DNA of 64,000 nt, taken from Cycas panzhihuaensis. Its lineage: Eukaryota; Plantae; Cycadophyta. The translations under genes were made by a program, and so were the position numbers. The stretch is taken from the NCBI GenBank assembly GCA_023213395.1, contig CM041465.1, positions 210,249,741-210,313,740 on the forward strand. The letters are read 5' to 3'. The notes below the pieces were generated by a model that ran no database searches, was not told the DNA's origin, and was given only the letters and a program-made list of their open reading frames with translations. Positions 42,225-54,528 of this stretch are shown here, piece by piece; within the stretch, counting starts at the first letter, position 1, and each line of letters begins with the position of its first letter.

Positions 42225-44661
42225 TATTAAGAGTAATGTTTTATCTAGGCTTTATATCACTTCTCTAATGTACTCTTATGAGGGTTATGTGTCATTCCCT
42301 CTTCTCTTCTCTTGTGACAAGTGGTGCACATGCATTCAGCCTTGTCCAAGACTCATGTAAATTGAATTGTATTTATATAGGGTTCTCCCTCATTAATGAT
42401 ACCAATCAATTGAGAGTTTTACATGGTATCAGAGTAGGGCTAATTGCTCGCTTGTTCGCAAATACAGTAAGGGTTCAAGAAAGAGGAGTCTGATAGTTTT
42501 TTCTGAAATAGACTGAAGGAGGTGGTGTCTAATAGGGTTTCTCTCTGAGAAAGATTGAAGGAGATTGCTAATACTCAAACTATCAAGCAAACAAGATTTG
42601 TGCAAGATAAACAAAATGCGGACAAAGTATAGACTATAGGGGTCAATTTTTTGAGGTGCTCAGAATCAGCCAAAATTTTACTGGCAAGGTCACATTAGTG
42701 AGGCCGTCAACTTTCTCTAAAGGCTCAATTGACGATAAGCACGTTTTGAGGTTGTTCTAATCCAATTTCAGTGGGCACAGGTTTGCAAAAATTATTGCAA
42801 ATTTCTTTTGTTCTACTCAAAATTTCCAAGTAATATTTGTCTTGAATTTCTCCTCTCATTAATACAAATCATTTGAGACCAGTCTCGAAGACTCTTGTTG
42901 AAGATTTTGAAAGTTATGAGTGTTTTTCTTCAAAAACCCTAGCCGCCAGTCCAAATTTTGACCTCAATTTCTGCTCAATCCAGAGAAGGTTTTCAATTTT
43001 TTTTTTAGATTTGAAATCTACATCTTGAGGGCTCTCATTTGCACCCATTTTCTTTTAATTCTATATACCCACAGTTTTCCATACAATCTCGTATGTTGTA
43101 CGGCTGTACAATCCATAAGTATAGTTACAAGGATTTTTATTTTTCAGTCTCAGTAGACTTAGAATGGCCTCCTCTATAGTAGCACTTGCTAAAGCAGTTA
43201 AACTTACATAAACTAATTTTAGCATTTGAAAAATCAAAATAGGACTTGTTAGTGCAAAAAATGCGTGGAAATTAGCAACTAGAGAGGAGAAGAAACCTAC
43301 AGATATTGTTGATCACATAAGCTGGGAAGAAAGGGACAATATAACTATTGCCATTTTCAAACTCTCAAATTTAGATTCACTTCTGTCCTATGTGGATGGC
43401 GTACAAACCTCTTCAACAATCTAGAAAGTAGTGACTTCTCTATTTAGTCAAAGAAATAAGGCCAAAATAATTGCCCTAAGGGAAGAACTATATAAACTTA
43501 GAATGAGAGAAAGTCGGCATGTCTCTGAATTTGTTGCAAAAGTGAACAATGTCAAAAATAATCTTATTATAGCTAGAGATAAGATTTCAGACATAGAATT
43601 AGTTCTCTTGGTATTGAATAAATTGCCTAAATCATTTGACAACATGGTCAATATGCTAACAGGAGGAGGTCAAACTGCAAAAATGACTTTTGAAGCCCTA
43701 ACAGGGCATATGTTAAATCAAGAACAAAGGAACAAAAGATATGAAGAAGATGGAAAAATTGAAGAAGCTTTTGTATCCAAACTCAATTTGGGCGGCAGAG
43801 GACATGGACAACTCACCTTTCGTGGACATGGCAGAACACCTTCAATAGGGACTAGAGGACATTGGACAAAAAGAAGAGGAAGAGCAAGGTCTACACCTCC
43901 AAGAGACTCCAGAGTCTGCTTCAATAATGGGAGACCTAGTCATTTTTCAAGTAATTACCAAGCTTTTGATGTATGCTATCAATGCGGACAATCTAGACAC
44001 TTTCTTCGGTAGGAGATAGAACAAATAGAAAGTCAACAACAGGTTACTATTTCTCTTTGGGATCAACAATAATATATTGGAGCAATAAAAAACACTCCAC
44101 AGTTGCCTTATCCTCCACGAAATTCGAATACAAGTTAGCAATAAGTGCAACTTGCAAAGGTATCTGGATTAGACAATTATTAAAATATTTGGGTCAAGAA
44201 TAGAAGACTCCTACCATCCTGTTTTGTGACAATTAGAGCACAATCAAAATGACCAAAAATCCTATTCTTCCTGCAAGAACAAAGCATATAGAGGTCTATC
44301 ATCATTTTATAAGAGAGAAGATTCAAAGCAAGGAGATCAAGTTACTACATTGCACATCAAATGAGCAAATTGCTGACATATTTACAAAACCACTAAAAAA
44401 AGACAAGTTCCAATTCTTTAGAGATAAACTGGGAATAAAATAGATAAAACATTAAGAGAGGGCATTAAGAGTAATGTTTTATCTAGGCTTTATATCACTT
44501 CTCTAATGTATTCTTATGAGGGTTATGTGTCATTCTCTCTTCTCTTCTCTTGTAATAAGTGGTGCACATGCATTCAACCCTAACCAAGACTCATGTAAAT
44601 TGAATTGTATTTATAGAGGGTTCTCCCTCATTAACAAGATCAATCAATTGAGAGTTTTACA
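42225..44661 (+). mobile_element. Internally deleted Copia element C2 with 199-bp LTRs (42225-42423 and 44463-44661), in the G1 leader
   Basis: TSD agacc/agact; PBS at 42424. Gag with zinc knuckle (CYQCGQSRH) joined to the RNase H end (ARTKHIEV, QIADIFTKPL). Confidence 0.92.
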
Positions 44662-47600
44662 AGACTAAGTGTAGCGCATCACAAATGTTGATTGTTTAGA
44701 GGAAAACATAGATCACTGTAGGTGCAAATTCGGTGTAGACACAGATGCACAATGTTGAAATTTGCCTTCATGCTTTAGGAAAATTATCTACAAACTCTAC
44801 GAATACAACAACTATAAGAGGAGCAAGGTCAAGCCGTAAAACAAACGGAGCACGACGGGCTACCACAGATCTTCTCCAGTGAAGGAAACCACTTCAACAG
44901 ATAGAGATCACATCAAAGGAACCATATGCTCTGATACCAATTGATGTAAGGACATCAAGAGAGAGAGAGAGAGAGAGAGAACACTGAGAGGGAAGAATGC
45001 AAGACTTTGAAGTGAGTATTGCATTGAATCCTTCAAGTGTACATACATGAGTGAGAGATCCGCATGATGGACACTTATCATCCATGCATTGCATGCTCTA
45101 CTTGCTATTTGTATGTTAAAGAATAAGAAAGGGATAAAGAATGAAGAATAAATAAAGAATAAAGAACACTTTATGACTACTCATTATTGAGTATGGTTTA
45201 AACTGGTGTTAAAATACAAATCATTGAATTGGAATTAACATAAGTAGACTCAAACTAGACTAGCGGACGAACAGGAATTAAACAACTCCACAAATGAGGA
45301 ACGAAAAGAGGCCACTCGTGATGAAGGTGAAGACAAAAAAGGATCTAATTATATATAGTGCGAACAATCAAGCAATGGAGAATTCGCACACACACAAGAA
45401 GTCACCAAGCAGATAACAAAGCAAGATTTAACTGCCCAAGAAAAACTCGTTCAATGTTATGAAGAGGAATCGGTTCAAATGGAACAACATGACAACATTG
45501 AAGACACAAAGCAAGTCCAGATAATGACTGATCACCTAGTAGAAGAAGCCAATGAGATAATAGTTGAGACAAAGGAAGAAATCCAGGGAGAAGTTATGCA
45601 AGAGCAACACAAAAATGATGAAGAACAAGCGAGAGTACAATTAATGGAGTCAAAAGAATCTCAAGAAGAACCTCAATAGCACACATGTGAAGCCAATGAG
45701 GTAGTTCTCGATCCTGTGTTGCACATGCACATTTCGTTTGGTAGTTTTATTTGTCCTCTCTCATTTCTAAGCTTAGTAGCAATAGAGAAATGCTCCTTTC
45801 CTTATCCCATAGTTAGTCAAAACCTTAGCTCCAATCTCATCATAGTACAGCTCCCAATTCCTTTTTACATTCTATTTGCTTGCCCCTTTTCCCCCTCAAG
45901 GTTTGCCTCAACAAGATATGGTAAACTGTCCATACTCACTACATCAGATTTCATCTCTTAGTACAATGATTACCCCCCACAAAACCTCATCCTATCCAAC
46001 CCGACCCTTACCATCTCTATACCACCAATTTTGTTTTTTTCCATTAAGTCCTTCATTCTATCCCACTATGATTTCTAAAACCCCATTAAAATCTTTTCTT
46101 TATAAAGAATGCCTATCCCAAATTCCTCATCCATCTTTTCCCCAAAAGAAATCTAGTGATCCAACAAACATTGCACAAATTCTCATCTCTATTCAAGTCA
46201 AATTCCAAACCACATCTTTTCTTTCTACACATTCAAAACTATGGCTAATCATCCTTCAAAACGCCACTTCTTCCATTTCCTTCTACGCTAACCAATCATC
46301 ATTTCAGGATCCTTATGATCGACTCTTTTCTAAATTTTCAAGTTGCATCAAAAAAGACCCTATAAACTTTCTCAACATTCTAATCACCTCCCACCCCATA
46401 AGTCATTCCATCTAAGGACAAAATGTGCAAACACAAAGCAAGATCAAGACAAGGCATCAGAGGCACCTCCCAGGTCCTAGGACCCCTTCAATACAGGATA
46501 AGGCGCCGCATATGCTTGGCCCTAGGAACAAGCATCAACAAATTCAGGACACTTCTTAACAAAGTCCAACAGATGCCTCAAGATTGGACCCAACCTTTAT
46601 GACATACAAGACTTAGTAGGTGGCAGCTAGAAGAATTGGTCAAAGTTGGACCAAACCATGCTACAAGCAATTCCCAATACTTTGAGGGCGAAGTATTTTA
46701 AGGGGAGGGGAATTGTAGCATTCCTAAATGAAGATGAAGTTGGTTTTTGAATATAGGGAGAATTACCATTTAATTATATTTATTATAATGTTAATTTTTT
46801 TAAGAGAGAGAGGTAGGAGCTAGTTTTAGAGAGAGAAATAAAGGCTATAAATAGGGAAGCCTTGTTTATTTGTATTTATCTTGGAGAATTTATTATTGTA
46901 AGGGATAATGGCCTCATGCCATTAGGGCACATTGTGCCAAATCGGAGGATAGCTCTCACTTCAAAGAGGGTTCCAACATTGTTGGATATTGTATTAGGTT
47001 CTGTTATTATTATTTTATTACTGTTATTATTTTATATGGATGATGTATTGCATGGATGAGTGAGTTTTCTATGTTGGAGAATCATTAGTGTGGATGTTCT
47101 ACTGCCATGAAAGTATCGATATATGCTACGAATATTACTTGTTTCTACTGCATTTGAATTGGGCCTGCTATAGTCTATCACTGATCCCACATCTACTTTT
47201 CTCCATTGAAAATTCTAGTGGTCCAATCGTCGCTTTGCTAATCCCAACTGCTATTCGAATCAATTTCCAACCCTCATATACTTCCTACAATATATTTTTT
47301 TCATCCCTATTTTCTGCACCTTCAAATCTATGGCTGATCATCCCTCAAAACCCCACTTCTCCCACTCCCTCTCATGCTATGCAATTATCAATCCATGGTC
47401 CTTATGAGCAATTTTTTTCCAGACCCCCAAAACTAAATCATAACCTTCCACACAAAAACTTCTCAATATTATCATCACCTTTCATTCCATGAGTAGTGTC
47501 ATCTGAGGACAAAATGTGCAAACACAAAACAAAAACAAGGCCAAGCATCATAGGCACCACATGGGTCCCTGGATCGCTTCAATACAAGACAAGATACAAT

Positions 47601-48246
47601 ACATACCTAGTCCTAGGAATAAGCATCTGCGAAATCAGGTCACTTGTCAGCAATTACCAACAAAAGCTGCAAGATTGGACCCAATTTTTATGACACAAGA
47701 TTTAGCAAGTGACGGCTGGAACCACTAGTCAAAGCTGGATCATACAAGCTTTACATGCAACTACCTATACTTCGAGGGCAAAGTATTTCAAGGAGGGGAG
47801 AGTTATTACTTTCCTAAATTCTAAAGAAGATGGTGAAGTAGGTTTTTAAGAAGATAAAGAAAGAATTATTTAATGTATATTTATTATGACGTCAATATTT
47901 TTAAGAGAGATAATTAGGAGAGAGTTTTAGAGACACAAAAAGAAGGCTATAAATAGAAGAGGCTTATTCAGTTGTAAGCATCTTGGAGAATTTATTATTT
48001 GATATGGGACTAATGGCCTAGTGCCATTAGGGCATGCTGTGCCAATTGGAAGGACACCCTTGTCTTGAATCTGACAGTTACTGTTATTAGTATAATCCGA
48101 TGTTACTGCTGCAATTTCTAATATTATTCTGTGGATGAGTCGTTATACCTGAGTTACAGTGGAAATCTGTTGTTATGAATGTTATCTGAATGGGTTTATG
48201 CTGCTACTGTTAATTCTCTCTGGTATTATCAGTGGCCACTGCTATA

Positions 48247-48843
48247 ATCCAACACAAATATAATAATTCAAAAAGATGAAACAGACTAGTACAATTTAAA
48301 TGTTTTCTTCTCTGTGGTATTTCTGCTCTTAGGTGTACTGAGTTTCAAATAGGGAATATTGAGAAAAATAAAATGAAATATTATCTTTTAGCAACTACTA
48401 GACACCAAAACTGTTCCAACTCCCATGTGACCAAAGAAAATTGCCTGAAACTAGAAAAATGTTCTCAAAGTGACTTGCACCCACAAAAGCTAGCAATGCT
48501 CACAGACTCATCCTAATCATCCAACACAAATATAATAATTCAAAAAGATGGAACAGATTAGAGCAATTTAACTGTTTTCTTCTCTGTGGTATTTCTGCTC
48601 TTAGGTGTACTGATTTTCAAATTGGGAATATTGAGAAAAATAAAATGAAATATTATCTTCTAGCATCCACCAGACACCAAAACTGTTCTAACCCCTATGC
48701 GACCAAAGAGAATTGCCTGAAACTAGACAAATGTTCTCAAAGTGGCTTGCAACCACAAAAGCTAGCAATGACCAGAGACTGATCCTAATCATCTAACACA
48801 AATATAATAAGTCAAAAACATGAAACAGACTACTGCAATTTAA
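48247..48843. repeat. Intronic tandem repeat, 272-bp unit (starts 48247, 48519, 48791); displaced partial copy at 23823-23970
   Basis: at(c/t)aacacaaatataataa recurs at 272-bp spacing; the homologous unit at 23823-23970 directly abuts E1. Confidence 0.9.
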
Positions 48844-49089
48844 ACATTCCCATTATAAATGCTTGCAACAATTCTTACCTAAATGCTGCAGCAGATATTT
48901 CTCAGTGGCAAGCAAACTCATTCCAATTTGTGCCTCAATAATACAAGATCTTAAAAACTTACAACATTTCCAATTAGTTATTGCAAATACTTAGAGAACA
49001 AAAGTATTTACAAATACCCTAGCTAGGGTGTTGACTTTGTCATCAAACCTAAAGCCTTTATGATATTTGTGCAAAGCTGTATGACTAAC

Positions 49090-49185
49090 CTGAAACATTG
49101 ATACAGGACCACATCGGAAAATTTTGCGAAGTCGCCCATACATTGATAGCTCCTCGTAAGTCATACCCATATCTGCTTCATCCAA
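49090..49185 (-). CDS. QNS1: Exon of glutamine-dependent NAD+ synthetase (32 codons)
   Basis: Translates [32 protein letters not shown]. Acceptor gggcag, donor CAG|gttagt. Collinear continuation of the previous exon. Confidence 0.95.
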
Positions 49186-50540
49186 CTGCCCATAATAATG
49201 CACACCATCATTAAGTTTTGAAGTCTCTAGATTTACTTCAGCCTACAAGTACTTGTCCAACAATATATAAATATTGCTAGGTGAATAAACAGATCATTGG
49301 AAAGAATGGGAATAATGTGATGTTGCTACAACACAACCAAGGTGTTAAGACTGCAGATTGTAGAGTCTGGGGAAAAAAAAAAAGAACGCTTGGAAAAACC
49401 AGGTAAAACAGGTTAAGGACAGCACTGAAAAAAAACTTGAATCTCAAATATATTGTTTGATTTTAGAGATTTTAACAGAAAACCTTCCCAACATAAGTGG
49501 ATTCCTTATCTACTAGAGGGGAAAGAAGATTGATAGTTTTCTACTGTACATAGGCAACAGCACTTAACAGGAACTGGTCAGACATAATCAGCATAATAGA
49601 GAACTGTTCAAACTTCACAGCATACAGATTTCTATGTATTCTATGAGAAAGCTGATTCAATTCCAAAAGAAGAAAAATCAATAAAGGCAAAATCTAGGAA
49701 AAAACACCCAGTTATCTTTCCTTCACTAGTAAGGAAGGAATAACCGGCTTTAATTTTTTCTGTTTGCATGAAATCCTTGTGATTAATCAAACGGAAAGCC
49801 AAATCACTCATCACACAACTCATCATCAGGTTCACATGCCTAAATTTAGGCTGAATTTACATGATTAATTTAATTAATGGACTTAACGAGGTTGAAAGAG
49901 CAAGTTTTCCATCATCAAATACCACAGCAAGTCATGCTTCCTTCAGTTTGGCACTTGCACAGCTCTGTCCTAGAAATATACAATTGAGGCAATTAAAACT
50001 AGAATCAATAAATATAAGAAGCACATTTTTCATGAAAAGGATTAGACTGTTATTGAGGTTTGTCATTGACATTGGATCAGGAGCTGTTTGAACTTATGTT
50101 CAAGGAAAGAATTCAACAACCAAGATGTTCAGTTTTTATCATGTAACTGGTGCTTTGATTGTTAAAGATTAAAATATTTGATTGTTGCCAGAAGATTGTG
50201 TCAAGATTCCATTGGATATTATAGATGCAGCATCCATTCCTTGTACATGACTAAACTGCTACGAGGTACCAAAAAAGAGAATGCCAAAATATACAATAAT
50301 TGGTGCCCTGAATCTCCACTTTCATTCACAGTTTTCTATACTCTTGTCAAATACACAGGCATGTAAGAATCAGTAAGAGAATTAGAATCCATATAATTAA
50401 TCTTACAGCTCATGTTTTGTAGTTCATAAGGCAGCTTCACCTTCTAACCAGTCACCAGGCAATGCACTAAGGGTGAATTGTGTGCGAAGTGGGGCCGGGG
50501 GAAGAACAGAGAATGGGAGAGGAAGGAACAGAGAAAGTGC

Positions 50541-50708
50541 CTGGGTGTAGTTTGAACGCAATGGCTCAAGCTCCGCAGTTGGTGGAGCAGCTTCAATTTC
50601 TGCCAACATGGAGTAACCAAGATTAACTGCAGCCCAGCGTAGAAAAGCTCGAAGATCCTGTTTGCTTACACTCCCAATTGGATTTATATCTGCTGAGCTA
50701 GAATCATA
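50541..50708 (-). CDS. QNS1: Exon of glutamine-dependent NAD+ synthetase (56 codons)
   Basis: Translates [27 protein letters not shown]...[16 protein letters not shown]. Acceptor ttgtgcag; the inferred donor is CAG|gcactt (GC). Confidence 0.93.
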
Positions 50709-50916
50709 CTGCACAACAAGCTATATGAATAAGTTTGGTTTCATATAAAAACACACATTCAAACACCAGAAGAAAAGTGAGGCAGGAGCTTCTTTAAGTC
50801 TTGTTTGTTCTACACACAATTTGCTGAGGAGGTTGGATGCTTGTGCAAGGGAACACAGAAAACCAGGAATGCTGATTATTACAAGATACACAGTTAAGTA
50901 AGCATTATAAGTTCAC

Positions 50917-51093
50917 CTTTGTTAAGTACCCACGGAGACCCTCGTCAACGTTGGAACTCCCCAGTACAAGAAAAAAACCAGATTTACTTCGAACCCATGG
51001 CATAAGTGATGCCAACAGAAATGCTATCACCATTCGTACACGAGCTTGAATATTCTGCAAGGCCAGATTTTCCGCATTGGTTCCTCCATCAAC
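50917..51093 (-). CDS. QNS1: Exon of glutamine-dependent NAD+ synthetase (59 codons, phase 0/0)
   Basis: Translates [22 protein letters not shown]...[18 protein letters not shown]. Acceptor tgtgcag, donor AAG|gtgaac. Matches the NAD synthetase domain motifs [11 protein letters not shown] and NVDE.LRGYLTK. Confidence 0.96.
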
Positions 51094-51266
51094 CTGCACA
51101 AAAGGGGTTCAACAAAACTTTGATATTGAGATATCCTTGACTAAAAGTGCCGACCTTCACTTTCAACACAGATTTTTGGGACTGTCGTTGAAAGGTGATT
51201 GTTATATGAAAGTTTCAACAAAAAGAAATGATCATGTAACCATACAGGTTTTATCAATTTTTGTGG

Positions 51267-51995
51267 GAAGAGGCTTGAAGGATTCTCCGTTGGTGGTTGT
51301 GGTTATGGTACATCTACACATGCATTTAACAGAAAATAATCCTGCAGCCTAACTGAAAGCAAGAACATTCCCTAGCAAGGATTTTTCCAGATTATTACAA
51401 ATGCATGAATAGATTCATGTATTCAAAGCTATCTTCCATACTCAGAGAGTCACCATAGGAAAGAAAATATTGAATTTGGTTTATTGCTATTTTGTAAATC
51501 CTTGCAGATTTTAATAATACAAAGAACAACTATGGCATAAAGATGACATGGAAAAACTAAAGAGTGCAATTCCAATTTGAAACTCTCGGTCAGACCAAAA
51601 GGCACTACTTGTACATAATTTATTGCTTATTACAAATGGATGAAGAGGCTTGAAGGATTCTCATTGGTGGTTGTGGTCATGACACATCTACACATGTATT
51701 TGACCACAAAATATACTGCAGCCTAACTGAAAGCAAGAACATTCCCTAGTAATGATTTTCCCAGCTTATTACAAATGCATGGATAGATTCATGTATTCAA
51801 AACTAACTTCAATACTGAGAGGGGCACCATAGGAAAGAACATATTAAATTTGGTTTATAGCTATTTTGTAAATCCTTGCAGATTTAAATAATACAAATAA
51901 CACCTATGACATAAAGATGTGGTGGAAAAACTAAAGAAGAGTGTAATTGGAATTTGAAACGTTGGGTCATGCAAAAAGGCACTGCTTGTACATGA
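51267..51995. repeat. Intronic tandem duplication, ~375-bp unit, two copies
   Basis: gaagaggcttgaaggattctc...ggtggttgtgg at 51267 and 51642, collinear throughout. Confidence 0.9.
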
Positions 51996-52015
51996 TTTTC
52001 AAATAAGGAAAGTAC

Positions 52016-52465
52016 TGCAGTGATGTTGGGAGAGATTGCCTACAAATTGCTACCAGAAATACTGATTTCCAAATGACATAATAAAGAAATATTTGCTTGT
52101 GCACAGAGAGTAACAGTAAAAATATACTCAATTACAAATAAATGAAGAAATTAATGAAAGTACAACTTCAAGAGATTCTGCAAGTCTTACAGAATTGCTG
52201 AAATAAACCAAAGAGTCTGAATGATAACAGTAAAACTGTTACTGACTACTGCTATCCTTTTCAAGGAAGGAATCCTCTAGAATTCACCTCCAACCAGCAG
52301 AAAGCAAAAGAAGAACTGAATTGATGACTCTTCCCACAAGATCCCTATACTTATATAGATATAATTAGGCAGAGGTCAGCCTTAAAATAATTGTTTAAGC
52401 CAAAACAGAAGTCAGCCTCATCTCAGACATTTGACAACTTGTGCAGAGGCCAGCCTCACACAAGT
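52016..52465 (-). mobile_element. Partial LTR-like sequence interrupted by G2
   Basis: Starts tg(c)agtg; minus-strand TATA (ctatataag ~52355); repeated gtcagcct motifs. Confidence 0.45.
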
Positions 52466-54528
52466 TGTAGCGATAATTATGGATGAGCTCAAAATTAGTA
52501 CACAATTCTTCGAAAAATACTTATGCAGAACCAAAATATCAACCTTCTAAGCACAAATTGCAGCTGCAAATAAGTTAAAACAGCAGTCCAAGAGTGGATA
52601 ATGATAAAGCTAAATATCATATAATTGACAAACAAATTCTATATACAATGATGGTCAAAATGATCAAGTGTTGAAGTTGAAATAGAATCCCTCTTCGAGG
52701 CGAGGTGCCCTCCGAAAAATGCAGCCCAAGAGCCAGAAAATAAGTATTAAGTCGGCCACAACAACTGGGAGAAACTTTAGTAGAACATATTTATATCCAA
52801 GTCAGTTTTCCAGATATGTTGGAAGTTAGCCAAACTGGGGCTTGCTACAAGTCCCACCCCTTGAAAACATGCTTGGCCTCAAAGCACAGGTAAGTTGGGG
52901 TATTGTTGTAACCATTACTCTATTTCCCATGTTGCACCACCCTTATCTCCTGTCTTCCACTTGATAAGATATTTTTTGATTTCCTTGGAACGTAAACTTT
53001 TGATGCGTTCTTGCAAAATGTCTTTTGGTTCCGCTGACATCTTTCCTTCTTCGTCGAATATGGGCAGATCGGTTTGGATCAAAACACCTTCTCCAAGTTT
53101 CTTCTTGAGACAAGAGACGTGGAATGTGTTGCGGATTCAACAGGTTGAGGGAAGTTTTAATCGGTATACTACTTTGCCAACCCTGGCCAGAATTTTGTAG
53201 GGCCCAAAGAATTTTGGTTGTAATTTATTACGACCTGCTTGCTTAAGATTGACTTGTTTGTATGGCTGCAAACGAAGGAGTACCCAATCCCCAACCTCAA
53301 ATGTTCGTTCTGATATTTGGAGATCTGCCTATTGTTTCATTCAATTCCGAGCCATATTGAGATTGTCCTTTAGTACTTCTAATATTTTTTTTGTTTGCTG
53401 CTAGTATTTTTCTATTGCTTGGACTTTGGAAGGTCTTATCCAGCTCAAAATCAAGGGTGGTTTGAAACCATACAATGCTTGGAATGATGTCATCTTGGTG
53501 GTAGTATGGTATGTTGTGTTATACCACCATTCCACTAAGTGAAGCCATTTGTGCCATTGGTGTGGTCTTTCACTAGCGAAATTATGTAAGTATCCTTTAA
53601 GGCAATTGTTTACAGCGTTAGTTTGTCCATCCATTTGCAGATGATATGGCGTACTCATATCCAGCTTGGTATCGGCTAGCATGAATAGTTCTTGCAAGAA
53701 ATGGCTGATAAATTTGGGGTCACGATCACTGATGATTACCTTTGGGAATCCATGGAGCCGATACACCTCTTTGATGAATAACTCTGCTATTTGTGGTGCT
53801 TTAACCACTATTTGTGTTCGCCAAAAGTGTGCATATTCGGTTAAGCAATCTACTGCTACAAAAATTGTATCTTTACCTTCTGATTTAGGTAGGTTCATGA
53901 TAAAATCCATAGATATCTCCTCCCACTTTTATTTCAGAATATGTAGTTGTTGGAGTAAACTGAGAATTTTTAGGTTTTCACTACGATTCTACTGGCAGAG
54001 ATCACATTCTCCTACAAACTTCTATATCTCTACTTTCATCTCTTTCTAGAAAAAATTGTCCCTAATCTTCCAATAAGTTTTATCTATTCTTGTATGACCT
54101 CCCAACACCGAGCAATGTGCTTCTTCCAAGATCTTCTTTTTTATTGTTGCAACCACAAGAACTAGCACTTTCCCTTTTCTTGGGGTTAATTTACCCCGAA
54201 GAGTATACGTGGTAGTAATTCCCTTCTCAATCTCTTGCAATGCTTTTGGGGAATGAATATCATCTATGTAACCCTGTATTAATTCCTCGGTCCAACCTTG
54301 AGTTATCACTATAATGTTCTTCAAAGAAGCTATGTTGTCCTCTTAAGTTTTTGCTAATGATCTGGAAAATGCGTCTACTATGATATTTTCCTTTCCCTTT
54401 TTGTAAACTATTAAGAAATCAAAGGCTTGCAATCTACTTACCCATTTTTGTTGTTCGTCTGTCAAGGATGCTTGGTTAAGGAAGTACTTCAAACTATCAT
54501 GATCTGTTTTAACAATGAACTTGTTCCC
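52466..54528 (-). mobile_element. 3' part of chromodomain Gypsy element G2, G0-like (3' LTR 52466-52849)
   Basis: RNase H end (KTDHDSLKYF), integrase (MDFIMNLP, ISDRDPKF, EWWYNT), chromodomain (YLIKWKT...ATWE), PPT. Confidence 0.9.

Larger units (their letters stand above)
27451..45186 (-). mobile_element. Degenerate chromodomain Gypsy element G1 nested in E2 (5' LTR 44942-45186; 3' LTR 27451-33259, interrupted by Copia C1)
   Basis: TSD ttggg/ttgag; PBS at 44928-44939. Gag ~41160-40550, protease ~40370, RT (FSKIDLASSYHQ; [10 protein letters not shown]), RNase H (TDVSQFALG), integrase (FNPQIDGQTEV). Confidence 0.92.
26705..47172 (+). mobile_element. Family-E element E2 nested in E1 (5' LTR 26705-~26995 with its end and PBS deleted; 3' LTR 46714-47172)
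   Basis: TSD atcta/gtcta. E1 sequence ccataaagaatcta|tcactgatcccacat is restored on removal (compare 12950-12980). Confidence 0.85.
23971..48246 (+). mobile_element. Family-E element E1, outermost of the nested stack (LTRs 23971-24460 and 47804-48246)
   Basis: Perfect TSD atcca inside a 272-bp repeat unit. PBS tggtatcagagc at 24462; PPT aggaggggagag. Gag-like relic 25720-26230 (QCFLIGEALDWF). Confidence 0.9.

Noticed and set aside
45876-46415. 179-aa Pro/Ser-rich ORF as a host gene
   Set aside because: Internal region of family E; homologous copies (12540-13280, 47170-47490) are broken by stops in varying frames.
48007-48068. LTR hairpin module as a tRNA- or 5S-derived (Cassandra-like) sequence
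   Set aside because: An A-box-like tggcctagtg is present, but there is no B/C box, cloverleaf or 5S similarity.
48247-48843. CRISPR-like or prokaryotic repeat system
   Set aside because: Eukaryotic context; long degenerate tandem units with no unique spacers and no cas genes.
48870-48900. Possible NAD synthetase micro-exon (cag|catttag|gtaaga on the minus strand)
   Set aside because: 7 nt, frame-shifting, and no match to the expected protein.
50424-50540. ORF-track extension ALSLFLPLP... as coding sequence
   Set aside because: Not homologous to NAD synthetase; pyrimidine-rich intron start after the inferred GC donor.
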